Shown one piece after another: positions 26,701-41,576 of a stretch of 64,000 nt of DNA. Below the pieces are notes generated by a model that had not been told where the DNA came from, made no database searches, and saw only the letters and a list, made by a program, of their open reading frames with translations. The translations under genes and the position numbers were made by a program. Positions within the stretch are counted from its first letter, which is position 1; every line of letters starts with the position of its first letter. Source of the stretch: Strigamia acuminata (lineage: Eukaryota); the NCBI GenBank assembly GCA_949358305.1, contig OX442314.1, positions 12,896,001-12,960,000 on the forward strand. Reading direction: 5' to 3'.

Positions 26701-28607
26701 CCGCACACGCAGGCGCTGCTGCCCTTATTTGTTGATTAGGGTCATTTATTCGCGGCCTTTAAATCTGAATCTAATTGCTCCCAAACGTCCAGGTTAACGC
26801 AGAAACACTTCAAACCCCTATGGCTTGTCGTCCGCCATTACTTCCTGGCACAAGCCATTCAGCTACTGCAACCCCCGCTGACTGCGCGCCTGCACTAAAC
26901 GAATTGAAGTGTGAATTAGAGATGAGACCTCAATAAAATAAATTAAATTTTCACCTCAACCTAAATTCATGCAAGGTGTTCTGGAAATGGAACTCCTACC
27001 ACGCATTCATCTGCTCCGAATACATCTTTAGGAATTTACGCGCAATTGTTTGCAAACTATTCTAGATTCACAACAAAGAGTTAAAATTGTGCTGTTCCGT
27101 GTCAAAAAGTTACGAATCTCTTGTTTATTTGTTAAAGAAGGGAATAGGGTCAGTAGAATGATCAAACTCGAACGTTTCGTTGTGGATTTACGTCTGCTGC
27201 ATCTCCCACTTGACCGATCGAATTGCCTTACGGGGAAAAGGCGTGGTGGCCAGACTGGACACGAATAAGGAATTCGATTATTATTAGCAAAAAAAAAAGT
27301 TGTATTAATTGGCCGTAAACGTTGGAATGCCACTTTAGATTTGCTAATTAAATTTCTAGGTCGGTTTATGGTTATAATCCCGTTTTCCTTTCTGTTTCAT
27401 CGTTTTTCCTTGGGAAATTCACCGCAACTTTATTCGTTTTAAGCCTTTTCGTTTCACACAAAAGACGGAATTGGATTCATCTCGCGGATATTTGCAATTT
27501 AAAATCCACCGACGGTTATTATTAGGCGACAATAAACTCTTTAACTCGTTGCCACCTCCGAATTTCGAAGAACGGATTGGTTAATGAAATTCATAATAAA
27601 ACGGTAAGTGTTTTTCTTTGTCGTTGTGTTCGTGACACCGGATGCACACACTCCCCACGGCTCTTCTGAATGCATCAGTCTTTCAGGTGTGCATATACAT
27701 GAGAGCAGAAAAGAATTGATAATACATATTTACGATCGAAAGGGGACGATGGAATGAAGACGGGCATTCAAGGGCCCCGAGGAAAATGACCTACTCAAAG
27801 ACGTCGAGGAGCCAGAGGAACAAGGCCAAAAGACAAATTTAAAATTTAAAGTGGAAATTAAAAATAAATAAATAAGAAAAAACGGGGGGAAGAAAAAATA
27901 ATTGTTTTTGTTATTTTATGCAAGCTTCTAAGTACGAAATAAATAAAGAAAAATCAATTATGACTCAGAACCAATTTGTGATTCATTAGAAGCCATCGGC
28001 CTTTGCCGCCTTTGTTTTTTTTTTACATTTAAAAAAATCCTTTCAAATGCAAATCACCCGACGTGAAAATTTATCATTTTCGAGTTCACGTCCTCAAGAT
28101 GACCATCAAAATAACTAAACAGTCGCACGAATAACGTGCAATACATTATTTTCCGGTCTAAATCCGCGCATCCCCAACGATTATGCATCGCATCTTGGAG
28201 GTCTTCAACCCTTTCGTTGCCCCTTTGGCTGAACGTGCAACAGGTGCACGTAAGAAACTCATTGCAATAATTATTCCATGTAAATGTAAATCCAAAGCCA
28301 CATTAAACATTTCGCTAAAAAAAAAATTAATCCATAAACAAAACTCACCTTGACAAGTTGCGTTTTTGTCGCAGATTAATTTCAACTCGCTGTCACAAAG
28401 CAGAGAAACATAGTCACATGTCTCACCTGTCTGGCGCGAGCAGACGGGGCAGCAAAGGCAATCAGTTCTAAAAGATACCCGGCCAGCTGGACATGCCAAG
28501 CCCGCCGTGTTGGTGCAACAAGGGCACGCGGAGTCGTCTTGGAGATGCACAAAGTCGAGGAATAAAAGCGTCGTAGAAATCACCAACCACAAAAACAGTG
28601 GGGTCAT
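17731..28607 (-). CDS. sas: Sas-like (putative epidermal cell surface receptor) type I membrane protein: SP, IGFBP-like, FN3, VWC-like, FN3, VWC-like, WAP, EGF, 2x VWC-like, S/T-rich, 3x VWC-like, 3x FN3, TM, NPxY tail
   Basis: About 23 GT-AG exons joined in frame by hand: 28607-28349, 25317-25190, 24634-24520, 24252-24046, 23976-23822, 23747-23618, 23329-23114, 23018-22857, 22272-22135, 22073-21949, 21874-~21747 (donor uncertain), 21686-21560, 21490-20811, 20743-20264, 20194-20126 (less certain), 20058-19888, 19828-19586, 19514-19194, 19081-18740, 18674-18464, 18273-18167, 18085-17862, 17775-17731 (TAA). The VWC-like repeats, three juxtamembrane FN3, TM (ALIAVAVVAAICVLGFVALLVLLF) and AYENPTYK tail match the Sas layout. 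Confidence 0.85.
22643..22797. repeat. Intronic minisatellite (GGGATTTATTTCCAC-like units)
   Basis: About ten degenerate GGGATTT(ATTT)CCAC units in the intron between the WAP and EGF exons. Confidence 0.8.
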
Positions 28608-29884
28608 GATTGGCGCGCGTTGTCAATTGCTGCTGCCTGCATTAGCTACACGCTCCTTCAGCGAAATGAGGGGAGCAGCGAGCACAAGCCACTGACGTCA
28701 CGGACAGGTTCCGTGAAGAGAAGCCCGAGGGGTTGCCTTTACACCTGGTAAGGGAGGTAGTCCACAGCGAAGTAGGTTGAACGTATTTGCAATTGCTGTC
28801 CAATAGGCGGGAAGGTTTTTCTACTGCGCCTTAATGCTCGTTTGGTAATTGTAATCTTTCCGTAACGTAAATGTTATAATTACGGCAGATGAGCGGATGA
28901 TGTAGTGGAGGAAACTTGCACTTTGCACAATGTTGGGAAAAATTCGCTTCGGCTAATCTATACATGGAAATGATGAAGCAGAATTTTTTCGAAGTGAATA
29001 TTTTCTACTTTCTATTTTTTTTTTCTTGTTGTTTCTTTAAATGTTAAAGTGTATTGAGTCATCGAGTATTGTATTGAAACATTCCTTGTTTTTTTTTTGG
29101 TTTTGTAAATTATTTTCCCTGGGAAATCCATGTGGAGACTTTCTTTGGTGGAAAAGGGTAACGCCTGTGAATTTTATTTTTTTTAATTTTTTTTTTTTAT
29201 TAAAAACTTTTGGTGTGTCTAGTCTGTTCAGTTCGACAGTCTAATGAAACACGAAATGATGTGGTCTTGGAATAAATAAAAAATAAGAAAGAGTTATGTC
29301 ATTAATGAGAACATCGCCTATAGCATATTCAAGTTGTGTAATGACAGGGTTGTCGTTGGAAAAATAACAAGTTCAACCGTCATTTGCTTTTTTGACTGCG
29401 AATTGCGAAACGTCTTGTCGAGATGTTTATTAAATTTTTTTTGGTATTTATCATTATTAACATTCATTTTTTTAAATTTCGTAGCAAAATAAATTGTTTT
29501 ATTTTATCGGGATTAAATCAATTTCGAATTATCAAACGGTTTCAAAACGGGAAAATAATTCCAAGCTGATTCATAATTTCATAAACAAAACCTGTCGCAT
29601 TAATGAGGGCAAATGAAATGTCAAGTGAAAGTCACAACCCTACTAAACCAATCATTTATAATTCATGAGTGGGAACAGAATGAACGGTTGATCTGCGGAG
29701 GACGAAAGGCGGCATTTTTAGCAAGTTTGTTCGAACTCAAAATGCTAATTGCAACCTTGACTACTATCGCATAAATTAATAAACCATGAATGATTTTTAT
29801 TGAGAAAACGTAACAGCCATACTGAAACAAACATTCCACACATTTAAAAATTAACACGGCATAATTTTATCGATGAAAATCTTC

Positions 29885-32420
<2,536 letters not shown>

Positions 32421-32715
32421 CGCGATAAATTCAAATTTTTAAATTGCTGTAGTCCGAAGTTCCGTAACCGCCAAACCCGGTTTTTGTTTGTTTTCGTATC
32501 AAACCAAAATTAATCAAATAAAAAATATGATGAGAGTTCTGTAAAAATAAAATATATAAGTTTCATTTCGAAGAAATTTAACTTATTACTAATTATAATT
32601 GATAAAATTTCTCTCACGAATCATAAAATGTCCACCATCGTTATTCAAGTTTTGAGCGCAGTGCATTATGGACGTACTAGCGACAGCACAATGCTCAAGG
32701 CCATAACCGTAAAAG

Positions 32716-33708
32716 CATAGAGTAAAGATGGAAAGAGTCGGCACTCTCCCCTTTTCGGAGCAATCAGGCCACGCCTCCAATCGACACTAGCGCTCGTAGT
32801 GGTGGGTTAGCTAGGATTGTGCCTCACAGCACTAGGTCAACGTGCAATTATTACAATTCTTGCAATTATTGGCCAAATTGAAATAATTGGACAATGACAT
32901 CTATAAAGAGCAATAGACATTATTGCAGTGCCTATAACTCATCAATTTTGGAATCAAAAATCATTAATTTTGACCAATTTGAATTGAAAATCATTAATTT
33001 TGACAAATGTGGATTGAAAATAATCAGTTTTTGATTAGAATTGAGCAAAATTCAGCAGCCTTTGACCAATTTTGATAAAAATTTATCAGCTTTTGACCAA
33101 TTTGGGCCAAAATTCATCATTTTATGAACAATTTGGTTCAAAATCCATTATTTTATTACTAATTTGGTCCAATATTTATTATTTTATTATTAATTTGGTC
33201 CAATATTCATTATTTTATTATTAATTTGGTCCAATATTCATCATTTTGTGACCAAAACAACCAAAAGAAATTCATCAGACTTCACTACATTTTTTACCAA
33301 AATAAAGCCAAATCACTTTGCTTGGATTCTGTTGTTGTACCTCTTTTAATTAAACATTACTCACTACCTATTTTAACCTATTCAAACTAATTTAACTACA
33401 TGTGTCAACAGATGACATTAAAACTTGAGCTTATTATATTCATCTCTCAATGTATTTCTGTTCTGGAATGAAATAAAAATTTTGTTTTTAATAAATATAT
33501 TAATAATAATATAAAATCTTAATTTATCTAATGAATATTTGGACATTTACGGCTCAAATACATTGCTAGCTAGTAGCTGAGCCACACGATCAGCTAACCA
33601 ACCACGCGAGGGCGCCACCGTCGATATGACGTTTCTGACGCAACAATGATTGCACTAACTTCAAAGCTTCCGACAGAGAGTGCCAGCTCTTTCCATCTTT
33701 ACTCTATG
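32716..33708. mobile_element. Non-autonomous TIR element, probably P-element superfamily
   Basis: TIR CATAGAGTAAAGATGGAAAGAG...CTCTTTCCATCTTTACTCTATG, 7-bp TSD GTAAAAG (32709-32715, 33709-33715), internal ~32-bp AATTTGGTCCAATATT repeats, absent from copy 2. CANRG ends with a 7-8 bp TSD fit P-like elements. Confidence 0.85.
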
Positions 33709-34742
33709 GTAAAAGTAAGCTGGAATCTGCATGACGTAGTGTAGCTCGTAAAAATGAAAATAAACATAAAACAAAAAATAAGTATTTACATTTTCTTATA
33801 ATTTTGTTTGTTGCAAACTACGAGACTATTAAATTTTATTCTTTAAAAAAATGTAATTTAACTTAAAAGTAAAGACTGGAACAAGAACCCGGAACAACTA
33901 CTTTTTCTGTGATACTTGTAAAGGTGTATGACGCGATATAAATGTCTTTTCGCGTTCACAACTGAACTAGAATCCGATTTTTCTGGTACAGTTTTATGTC
34001 TACTTTCCAACTAATGTTAATTGCAGGTTAAATGTAGTTCCAAGGGAGAAAAAACTAAATTACAGCGAAAGTTACGCTAATCGGAACGCCACCTGGCGAA
34101 TCCCGTATAATGGAGGCCAAAATGTTCGGCCCAATACGTTTTTTCATGTTTTCGATATTAAAAAGAGGTCGAAAAATTCTGAATCCAGGCTCATTCGATT
34201 GGAAATTGCATTCTGCACGAGCCTCTATGTTTTTGTTTTTGGTTTGATCAAGAAAAAGATTTGTTTCGGGCGATCGAAGCCGGCGACCGCATGGCAAATT
34301 CAGTGGGAAATTTAAAAATGTGCATTGCATTGCAGTGAAGCCAGCAGGGATACAGCTTAAAAGCCTTTTTTTTTAAAAAATCATAGTTTGTTTTATTTAC
34401 TAGTTTTTGGTGAACTCAACTGGAGTGTCCACTGACCAGTCGATACTCCAACATTGATCCGTCATCTAGAAAACCTTGTTTAAAATAATAATTAGATTTG
34501 TGACATCACAATTCGCGTTTTCATAATTTGATGAATCATATTTTATCGAATAAGAGTCGCCCTCGAATTGTAGCCGCGGCTGAGACACCAAGAATACCGT
34601 ATTTTTCCAAAAGTACGGTGAAATTATCTATGGAACTTCTTTTTATAGCAACTAGTAAACTCATCCATACATGTGGTCATCTGGTCAAGTGTTTGATTGG
34701 TCCAAGGACCCCCTTTTCATCTTTGCACACGGTGCATGGATT

Positions 34743-37444
34743 TATGGGGGGCCGAAGGTCTCAATATTAGTACCTATGCTATGACATGCCATCTGGGAAT
34801 GACATGCCAACTCTTCATGCCATCTCGGCATGACATGCCAACTCTTCATGCCATCTCGGCATGACATGCCAACTCTTCATGCCATCTCGGCATGACATGC
34901 CAACTCTTCATGCCAACTCTTCATGCCAACTCTTCATGCCAACTCTTCATGCCAACTCTTCATGCCAACTCTTCATGCCAACTCTTCATGCCAACTCTTC
35001 ATGCCAACTCTTCATGCCAACTCTTTATGCCAACTCTTTATGCCAACTCTTTATGCTAACTCTTTATGCTAACTCTATATGCTAACTCTTTATGCTAACT
35101 TTTTATGCCAACTCTTTATGCCAACTCTTCATGCCAACTCTTCATGCCAACTTTTAATAGACCCTGACATTTTCCTAAAAGACTCTATTTATCTTAATTT
35201 GCATTTTTTGTTCAGTTTTCACTGTCTACACTTAAAAGTCAAATCCATTTATTCTCATACTCTTGTGAAAGTGTTAGAAATAAAATATTTGGATTGACCC
35301 CAAATTAAATCCAGTTTTAATTAAACCTTGAAATTTTAAGCAGTTAAATACTTCTCAGATACTCGTTTCTTCAACCCCACTTCTTTGATTTTTTTTTGTC
35401 TGAGAAATGACCCATTTGAGAAGTGATTGTCTGAGAAATAACCCCTTAAATTTAAAATTTTTCCGGATTTTCGAAGAAATGAAGGATATCCGTTCAATTA
35501 ACGTTTCTAGTGGAGTTTTTTCCGCTCATTCGTTTGGTGTTTAGTTTTTAACAATCCAAGCTTTTGTTCTCGAGATACTTGCAATTTTAATCAATTATTG
35601 TCCGAATTCGCCAAGTTTAATTGCACTAGTCACTCTTGAATTTTGTGGTACTTTTTGAACCTCTTCAATAGTACTTTTATGGATTTCTTCAGATGCACCA
35701 GTATGAGATTTTGCTTGATCTTGTGAGATTTTGTAAGATTGTGCTTGATTTTGTGAGATTTTGTAAGATTGTGCTTGATTTTGTGAGATTTTGTAAGATT
35801 GTGCTTGATTTTGTGAGATTTTGTAAGATTGTGCTTGATTTTGTGAGATTTTGCTACATTTTTTAAGATTTTGCTGAAGTACAGTCGTATGGTACTAAAA
35901 AGTGTTACAGGTACTGTACCAGTCCCACAAATTGCGGTATTTTTTGAAAAGTACTGTGTACCTGTACCGGTACCGGTACTGCTGAAGAAATCCACAAAAT
36001 TCCCACAAAATCTAAAATTCAAGCTGACTACCGTCTTTACCCGAAAATTACACCATGGCCACAGATTAGAAGAAGACACAGATGCGACAATCCTTTGTTA
36101 TAATGCGTTACCGGCCACCAAGCGGAAAAGTTTTTCCCTATCGATTCAAAATACAAATTCATTGTTGTCAGACCCCAAAATTATTATTTTTTTTATTTTT
36201 TTATTTTTTATTTTTTTTATTTGTATTTTGAATCGATAAGGAAAAACTTTCCCGCTTGGTGGCCGGTAATGCATTATAACAAAGGATTGTCACATCTGTG
36301 TCTTCTTCTAATCTGTGACCATAGCGTTGTACAGTATTCGAGTTTTGTTGAAAACTGGGATTTTTGATACGTTGTTGAAAAATTCGAATATAACACCACT
36401 TCAGCTATAACACCATGGTGTTATATTCGAATATACACCCATGGTGTTATATTCGGATTTGGATACAAATATTTAAGCCGTACAGTATACCCTTGTTTTT
36501 GTTAATTTATATTTTTTTTTGTTTTTTTAATCAGCCTAATGAATACAAATTAACAGAGTAAATAACAATTTTACTTTTTCGACAAACTCACATAATATTG
36601 GCTGATTATAACACCATGGTGTTGTATTCGGGTGAAGATGGTAGTGCCATCAAACTTCGAAAATTCGGACAAAAATTGATGAAAAATGCAAATATCTCGA
36701 GAACGAAAGCTCGAATCGTTCAAAACTAAACACCAAACAAAAGAGCAGAAAAAACTTCATTAGAAACGTATTTTTATTATTTCAAGCCAGATTGGCATAA
36801 GATTTTGTTTATGGTACACTTTCTTCAGATGTACAAGTATATCTATTTAACTGCTTAAAATTTCAAGGTTTAATTAAAATTGGATTTAATTTGGGATCAA
36901 TCCAAATATTTTATTTCTATCACTTTCACAAGAGTATGAGGATAAATGGATTTGACTTGTAAGTGTACAAGTAGACAGTGAAAATTGAACAAAAAATGCA
37001 AATTAAGATAAATAGAGGCTTTTAGGAAAATGTCAGGGTCTATTAAAAGTAGGCATGAAGAGTTGGCATGAAGAGTTGGCATAAAGAGTTGGCATAAAAA
37101 GTTAGCATAAAGAGTTAGCATATAGAGTTAGCATAAAGAGTTAGCATAAAGAGTTGGCATAAAGAGTTGGCATAAAGAGTTGGCATGAAGAGTTGGCATG
37201 AAGAGTTGGCATGAAGAGTTGGCATGAAGAGTTGGCATGAAGAGTTGGCATGAAGAGTTGGCATGAAGAGTTGGCATGAAGAGTTGGCATGTCATGCCGA
37301 GATGGCATGAAGAGTTGGCATGTCATGCCGAGATGGCATGAAGAGTTGGCATGTCATGCCGAGATGGCATGAAGAGTTGGCATGTCATTCCCAGATGGCA
37401 TGTCATAGCATAGGTACTAATATTGAGACCTTCGGCCCCCCATA
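34743..37444. mobile_element. Foldback element with ~600 bp+ TIRs containing 13-bp tandem repeats
   Basis: Ends TATGGGGGGCCGAAGGTCTC...GAGACCTTCGGCCCCCCATA, flanked by duplicated TGGAT. (ATGCCAACTCTTC)n is mirrored on both arms. A 30-bp array lies at 35705-35850 and a nested palindrome at 36055-36322. Absent at the paralogous site 48661-48675. Confidence 0.9.
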
Positions 37445-37550
37445 TGGATACACGTTTTGTCTAGCTACGTAAACGTTCAAGTGTCGTTCACATGCCGTGC
37501 ATTTGACTTGTGTAAAGAAATTGTTCGAGACTTTTATCATTCGTGTCGAC

Positions 37551-39897
37551 ATGCCACGCAGAAAATCAACCCAGAGTCTACAAGAATTGTGTTTAAACGT
37601 GGCGACAACTCGATTTGAAGAGCTAGAGATGCAAGGTCAACTGGTAGATAAGCCTTCCATGCTTATTAATAGCATATTTCAAAGACTGTGCTTGCAAAAT
37701 AGGCCTACAACTACAAATCGTTTGTTGTCTTCAATCATTTTTATTCATTCCGGCACCCTATCACTGCGCCATTTGGATCAGTTTGATCTGCCCATGATTC
37801 TTCTAATCGATAAAATAGGGCAAGTTTGTACGAACCTTGTGAATATAACATTGGAGAGAGATTTTGATCGAAAAATAACATCCAACAACTGCATCAAGCT
37901 GGTGCAAAGTTCACCTAAACTTGAACGTTTAGTCCTTTCTTCGTTGAAACAATGCACGGATGAAGTTGTTGCTGCGATCGGACGGAATTGTCCACTCATG
38001 ATACATCTCGACATTGAGGGTTGCTTCAACGTTACTGACATCGGATTTCGCTTATTAAGTGCTTGTACGAAACTGGAATATTTGGATGTTCGATCGACTA
38101 GTGCCACAGTCGAGGCGTGTTTGTTCCTTCTCAACCAGCTGCCACTTTTAAAACGATTTGAACATAACCATTGGCGCAAAATATTCACCGAGTTGGCAAA
38201 ACTACCGAATGGAAACGAAACAGTGCGCACTTATTCCATTGAAATAATTTCACGGATGAATAACGAACATATTCCCATCCTGAGGACCAAGTTTCCGAAT
38301 TTAAGAAGGTTACGTTTGTCAGATGGCGGAATAACTCTTCTGAATTTTAATACTATTTTAATATGGCCCCAACGATTGACGAGTCTCCAACTGTTTGAAA
38401 TTAGACCGGTCAATATTCGACTTATTGATCGTGCTTGGCCAATGTTAGAGGTATTACAATTAGAAGGATGTACAGTTGTGTTCAAAAAAACTGGACCCTC
38501 ACTCTGTGCTGGCAATTGAAATTGTGAGTAATTCCGTGTTTTGCCACTAGGTGAAACACCAGACATCAACAGGTGATAATATAGCCTTGTCCTCAGTGAT
38601 CCTTTCATAATTTAGTGGACAGTTTAAAAAGGAAAATATAAGTTATTTTCATAGAAAAAGTGTATGGATATTTAATATTAAGAAATAAAAAATTAATTTG
38701 TTTAATATTTTCTAACAATAAAGAATATTTTCTAACAGTAAAGAATATTTTCCAACAATAAAGAATATTTTCTAACAATAAAGAATATTTTCTAACAATA
38801 AAGAATATTTTCTAACAATAAAGAATATTTTCTAAAAATGAAGAATATTTTCTAACAATTTTTACCACTTTAAGTGAAAAACCTCTCTGATGCACCCAAA
38901 ACACGCTCATTTTGGGACCACTTTAAGTGAAAAACCTCCCTAATGCGACCAAAACACCTCATTTTGGGACCACTTTAAGTGAAAAACCTGTCTGATGCAC
39001 CCAAAACATGCTCATTTTGGGACCACTTTAAGTGAAAAACCTCCCTAATGCGACCAAAACACCTCATTTTGGGACCACTTTAAGTGAAAAACCTCCCTAA
39101 TGCGACCAAAACACCTCATTTTGGGACCACTTTAAGTGAAAAACCTCCCTAATGCGACCAAAACACCTCATTTTGGGACCACTTTAAGTAAAAATTGTTA
39201 GAAAATATTCTTTATTTTTAGAAAATATTCTTTATTGTTAGAAAATATTCTTTATTGTTAGAAAATATTAAACAAATTAATTTTTTATTTCTTAATATTA
39301 AATATCCATACACTTTTCTATGAAAATAACTTATATTTTCCTTTTTAAAACTGTCCACTAAATTATGAAAGGATCATAGAGGACAAGGCTATATTATCAC
39401 CTGTTGATGTCTGGTGTTTCACCTAGTGGCAAAACACAGAATTACTCACAATTTCAATTGCCAGCACAGGGTGAGGGTCCAGTTTTTTTGAACACAACTG
39501 TACAATTTTAAATGAAAGTGATGATGTTAATTATTCTCCACTGAAAAACCTACGTCAACTGTATTTATTCTATAAAAACTTAATTACCGAACAACAATTA
39601 AAAACGTTATTGGTACAATGTAAAAGATTAGAACAGTTGACACTTGATGGGAGTGAAATAATTTCAGACAATTTAATTTTGGAACTTGTTGACTTAAATG
39701 CATTACTATGTCTGAAAATTTTACTATTTTATATTTGCCCTTTTATTAGTTTCATTTCGATTATAAAATTGTTGGGAGTGCCAAGTCCAATGAATGAGTT
39801 ACACATCGGAGGTTGTAATATTGGCGCTTCAGGTTATGAGAAAATTATTAGTTATGTCAAAAGTAGGAATTTGGATTTGAAAATACTATATCAATAG
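37551..39897 (+). pseudogene. BC-box/LRR protein paralog A, interrupted by a TIR insertion
   Basis: Joining 37551-38472 to 39503-39897 gives 1317 nt, an uninterrupted 438-aa ORF colinear with 48795-50129. With the insert it terminates at 38519. Confidence 0.88.
38473..39500. mobile_element. Tc1/mariner-type non-autonomous element (1028 bp)
   Basis: TA|CAGTTGTGTTCAAAAAAACTGGACCCTCAC...GTGAGGGTCCAGTTTTTTTGAACACAACTG|TA. TA TSD confirmed by the empty site ATGTACAAT at ~49721. Long TIRs, a 20-bp array (AAGAATATTTTCTAACAATA) and a ~50-bp array (CCACTTTAAGTGAAAAACC...). Confidence 0.92.
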
Positions 39898-40238
39898 GGG
39901 TGATCAACCAAAATATACCTTAAAAAAGAAACAGTGTAAAATAAAGAAATAAAAATTATGCCTAATTAAAAGTAAACATTTGTGTTTTTATGAAAATGTG
40001 ATTTATTAATCAGAAAACAAAATGCTGGTTATTTTGAGGAAATAAGATAAATTACATCTGATTTAAATGCCAAATGCAAAAATGAAGTGACAAAATTACA
40101 CAATCTAGTGTGTCGGAATGTAGTGTGTGGATTAACCACACACATTCCTTATCTTAGATTCCTTGCATGGATTTTTCAAGAATTCGTAGTCTTCTTTGGG
40201 ATAACCGTGTAAAAATTCCAAATTTCGTTTTATTACAG

Positions 40239-40601
40239 GTTGAGAAATTGTTTGAAAAATTCTCTAGTGAAATTGAAGCAATCCTTTTATTTTTATCGCA
40301 TCTTGAAACCATAGAAGTTTGGAATAGAAATTCTCAAGTAAATGTAGCAGCTGACTATCGAGTTAGTTTATCTCCCAACTCTATTGAAACGGTGCAAAAT
40401 AAAAGAGCTGAATTGAACCAGGTAAGGACCCAATACAACGCACTTCTATTTAATTTTTGATTTTTTTTATTTTTCAATTTTTTTTTACAGAAAATTGACA
40501 AAAACGATGAGTTTAGAAAACGTCGTATTGAAATACGGAGTGACCAGGTCGTGAATATTTACCCCATATTTACCCCATTGTGGAGTAGTATCACACCTTA
40601 G
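40239..40601 (+). pseudogene. Orphan sacsin-like exon (40239-40421) plus short terminal exon (40491-40601), copy 1
   Basis: TACAG|GTT...CAG|GTAAGG exon encoding VEKLFEKFSSEIEAILLFLSHLETIEVW, resembling the sacsin repeat-region LLFL motif (recognised from memory, not searched). No upstream sacsin exons are visible. Confidence 0.6.
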
Positions 40602-40939
40602 TGTTTGAAAATAGGTGTAAATGGCAAATAAAAGCAGTTGTTTTTGAATAAAATGGTCTTTTATTTTTTTCAAATGTAATGAACAATTATTTAGTGATTG
40701 ATGAAAAAAAATGTGTTTTGCAATGCGAGGAACAAAAAAATTAATCTAAATTAATTCAAAAACGTTCGAAAAAATTAAAAAAAATCCAAATAATCCAAAA
40801 ATTCCAAAAGCTTTTTTAAAAATCCGAAAAAATTTTAAAAAAAAATAAAAAAAAATTTAAATTTAAAATCTTGAATTAATTCGTAAAAAATATATATATA
40901 AATAGAAAAATACAACAAAATAAATAAAAATTATCGACT

Positions 40940-41576
40940 TAACACGTAAAACTCGATTCTCGACCTCTCAGCGGTATCTTGACTTCCTTCTCGACGCTTT
41001 TCCTCGTCCCACTCGCGCCCGCGCATTCCAAAACGCCCCAAAAACGCTCGGACTTGAGTTTTTCTTATGAAACCAACTTCCCCTCGAATTGTATCGACCA
41101 CAACTCCGATTTTCGAACACCATTATTCGTCTCTGCTCGCCCTTCCGATCGAAATTCGTTTTTTCCGCTCGAAATCGACCTTGTGGCTCTAAAAAAAAAC
41201 AATTTTTAACCCAAACGAACCATTAAAAAACCAAAATCACACTCCACCTTGACTCAATTGCAGACCCACGAGCGAACTGACCACCACGGCGATCGCTGCG
41301 AGGGACAAATTCCTTCGCGTTGACGGTCATTTCAACGTTTTTCTCCCGGAAATTGCTTTTGTTGTTGTTTTTGTTGTCCGGTTTCCATCGTCTATCGTAG
41401 CCCGACGCTCCACGGTAGCCTCTACGCGTGGGCAACTCGTTGCGACGACCAGAAAAGTCTTGTCGACGTCCCTGGTTGAAGTTGCGCTGATTGCCACGTT
41501 ACTGCGGGGAACATGAAGTCGAGGCCCGCGGTTTATTTTCGGTCGCGTAGGACACGAGCAAGTCTCTTTCCATCAA
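40940..41576 (-). pseudogene. PAM2-motif/RG-rich ORF, degenerate copy 1
   Basis: Paralogous to 51456-51809 but CAA>TAA at ~41499-41501 truncates it; retains MTVNAKEFVPR. Confidence 0.45.

Noticed and set aside
34861..37326. ORFs with CQLFMPTLHANSS and HKIKHNLTKS repeats
   Set aside because: Products of 13-bp and 30-bp tandem arrays in the foldback element.
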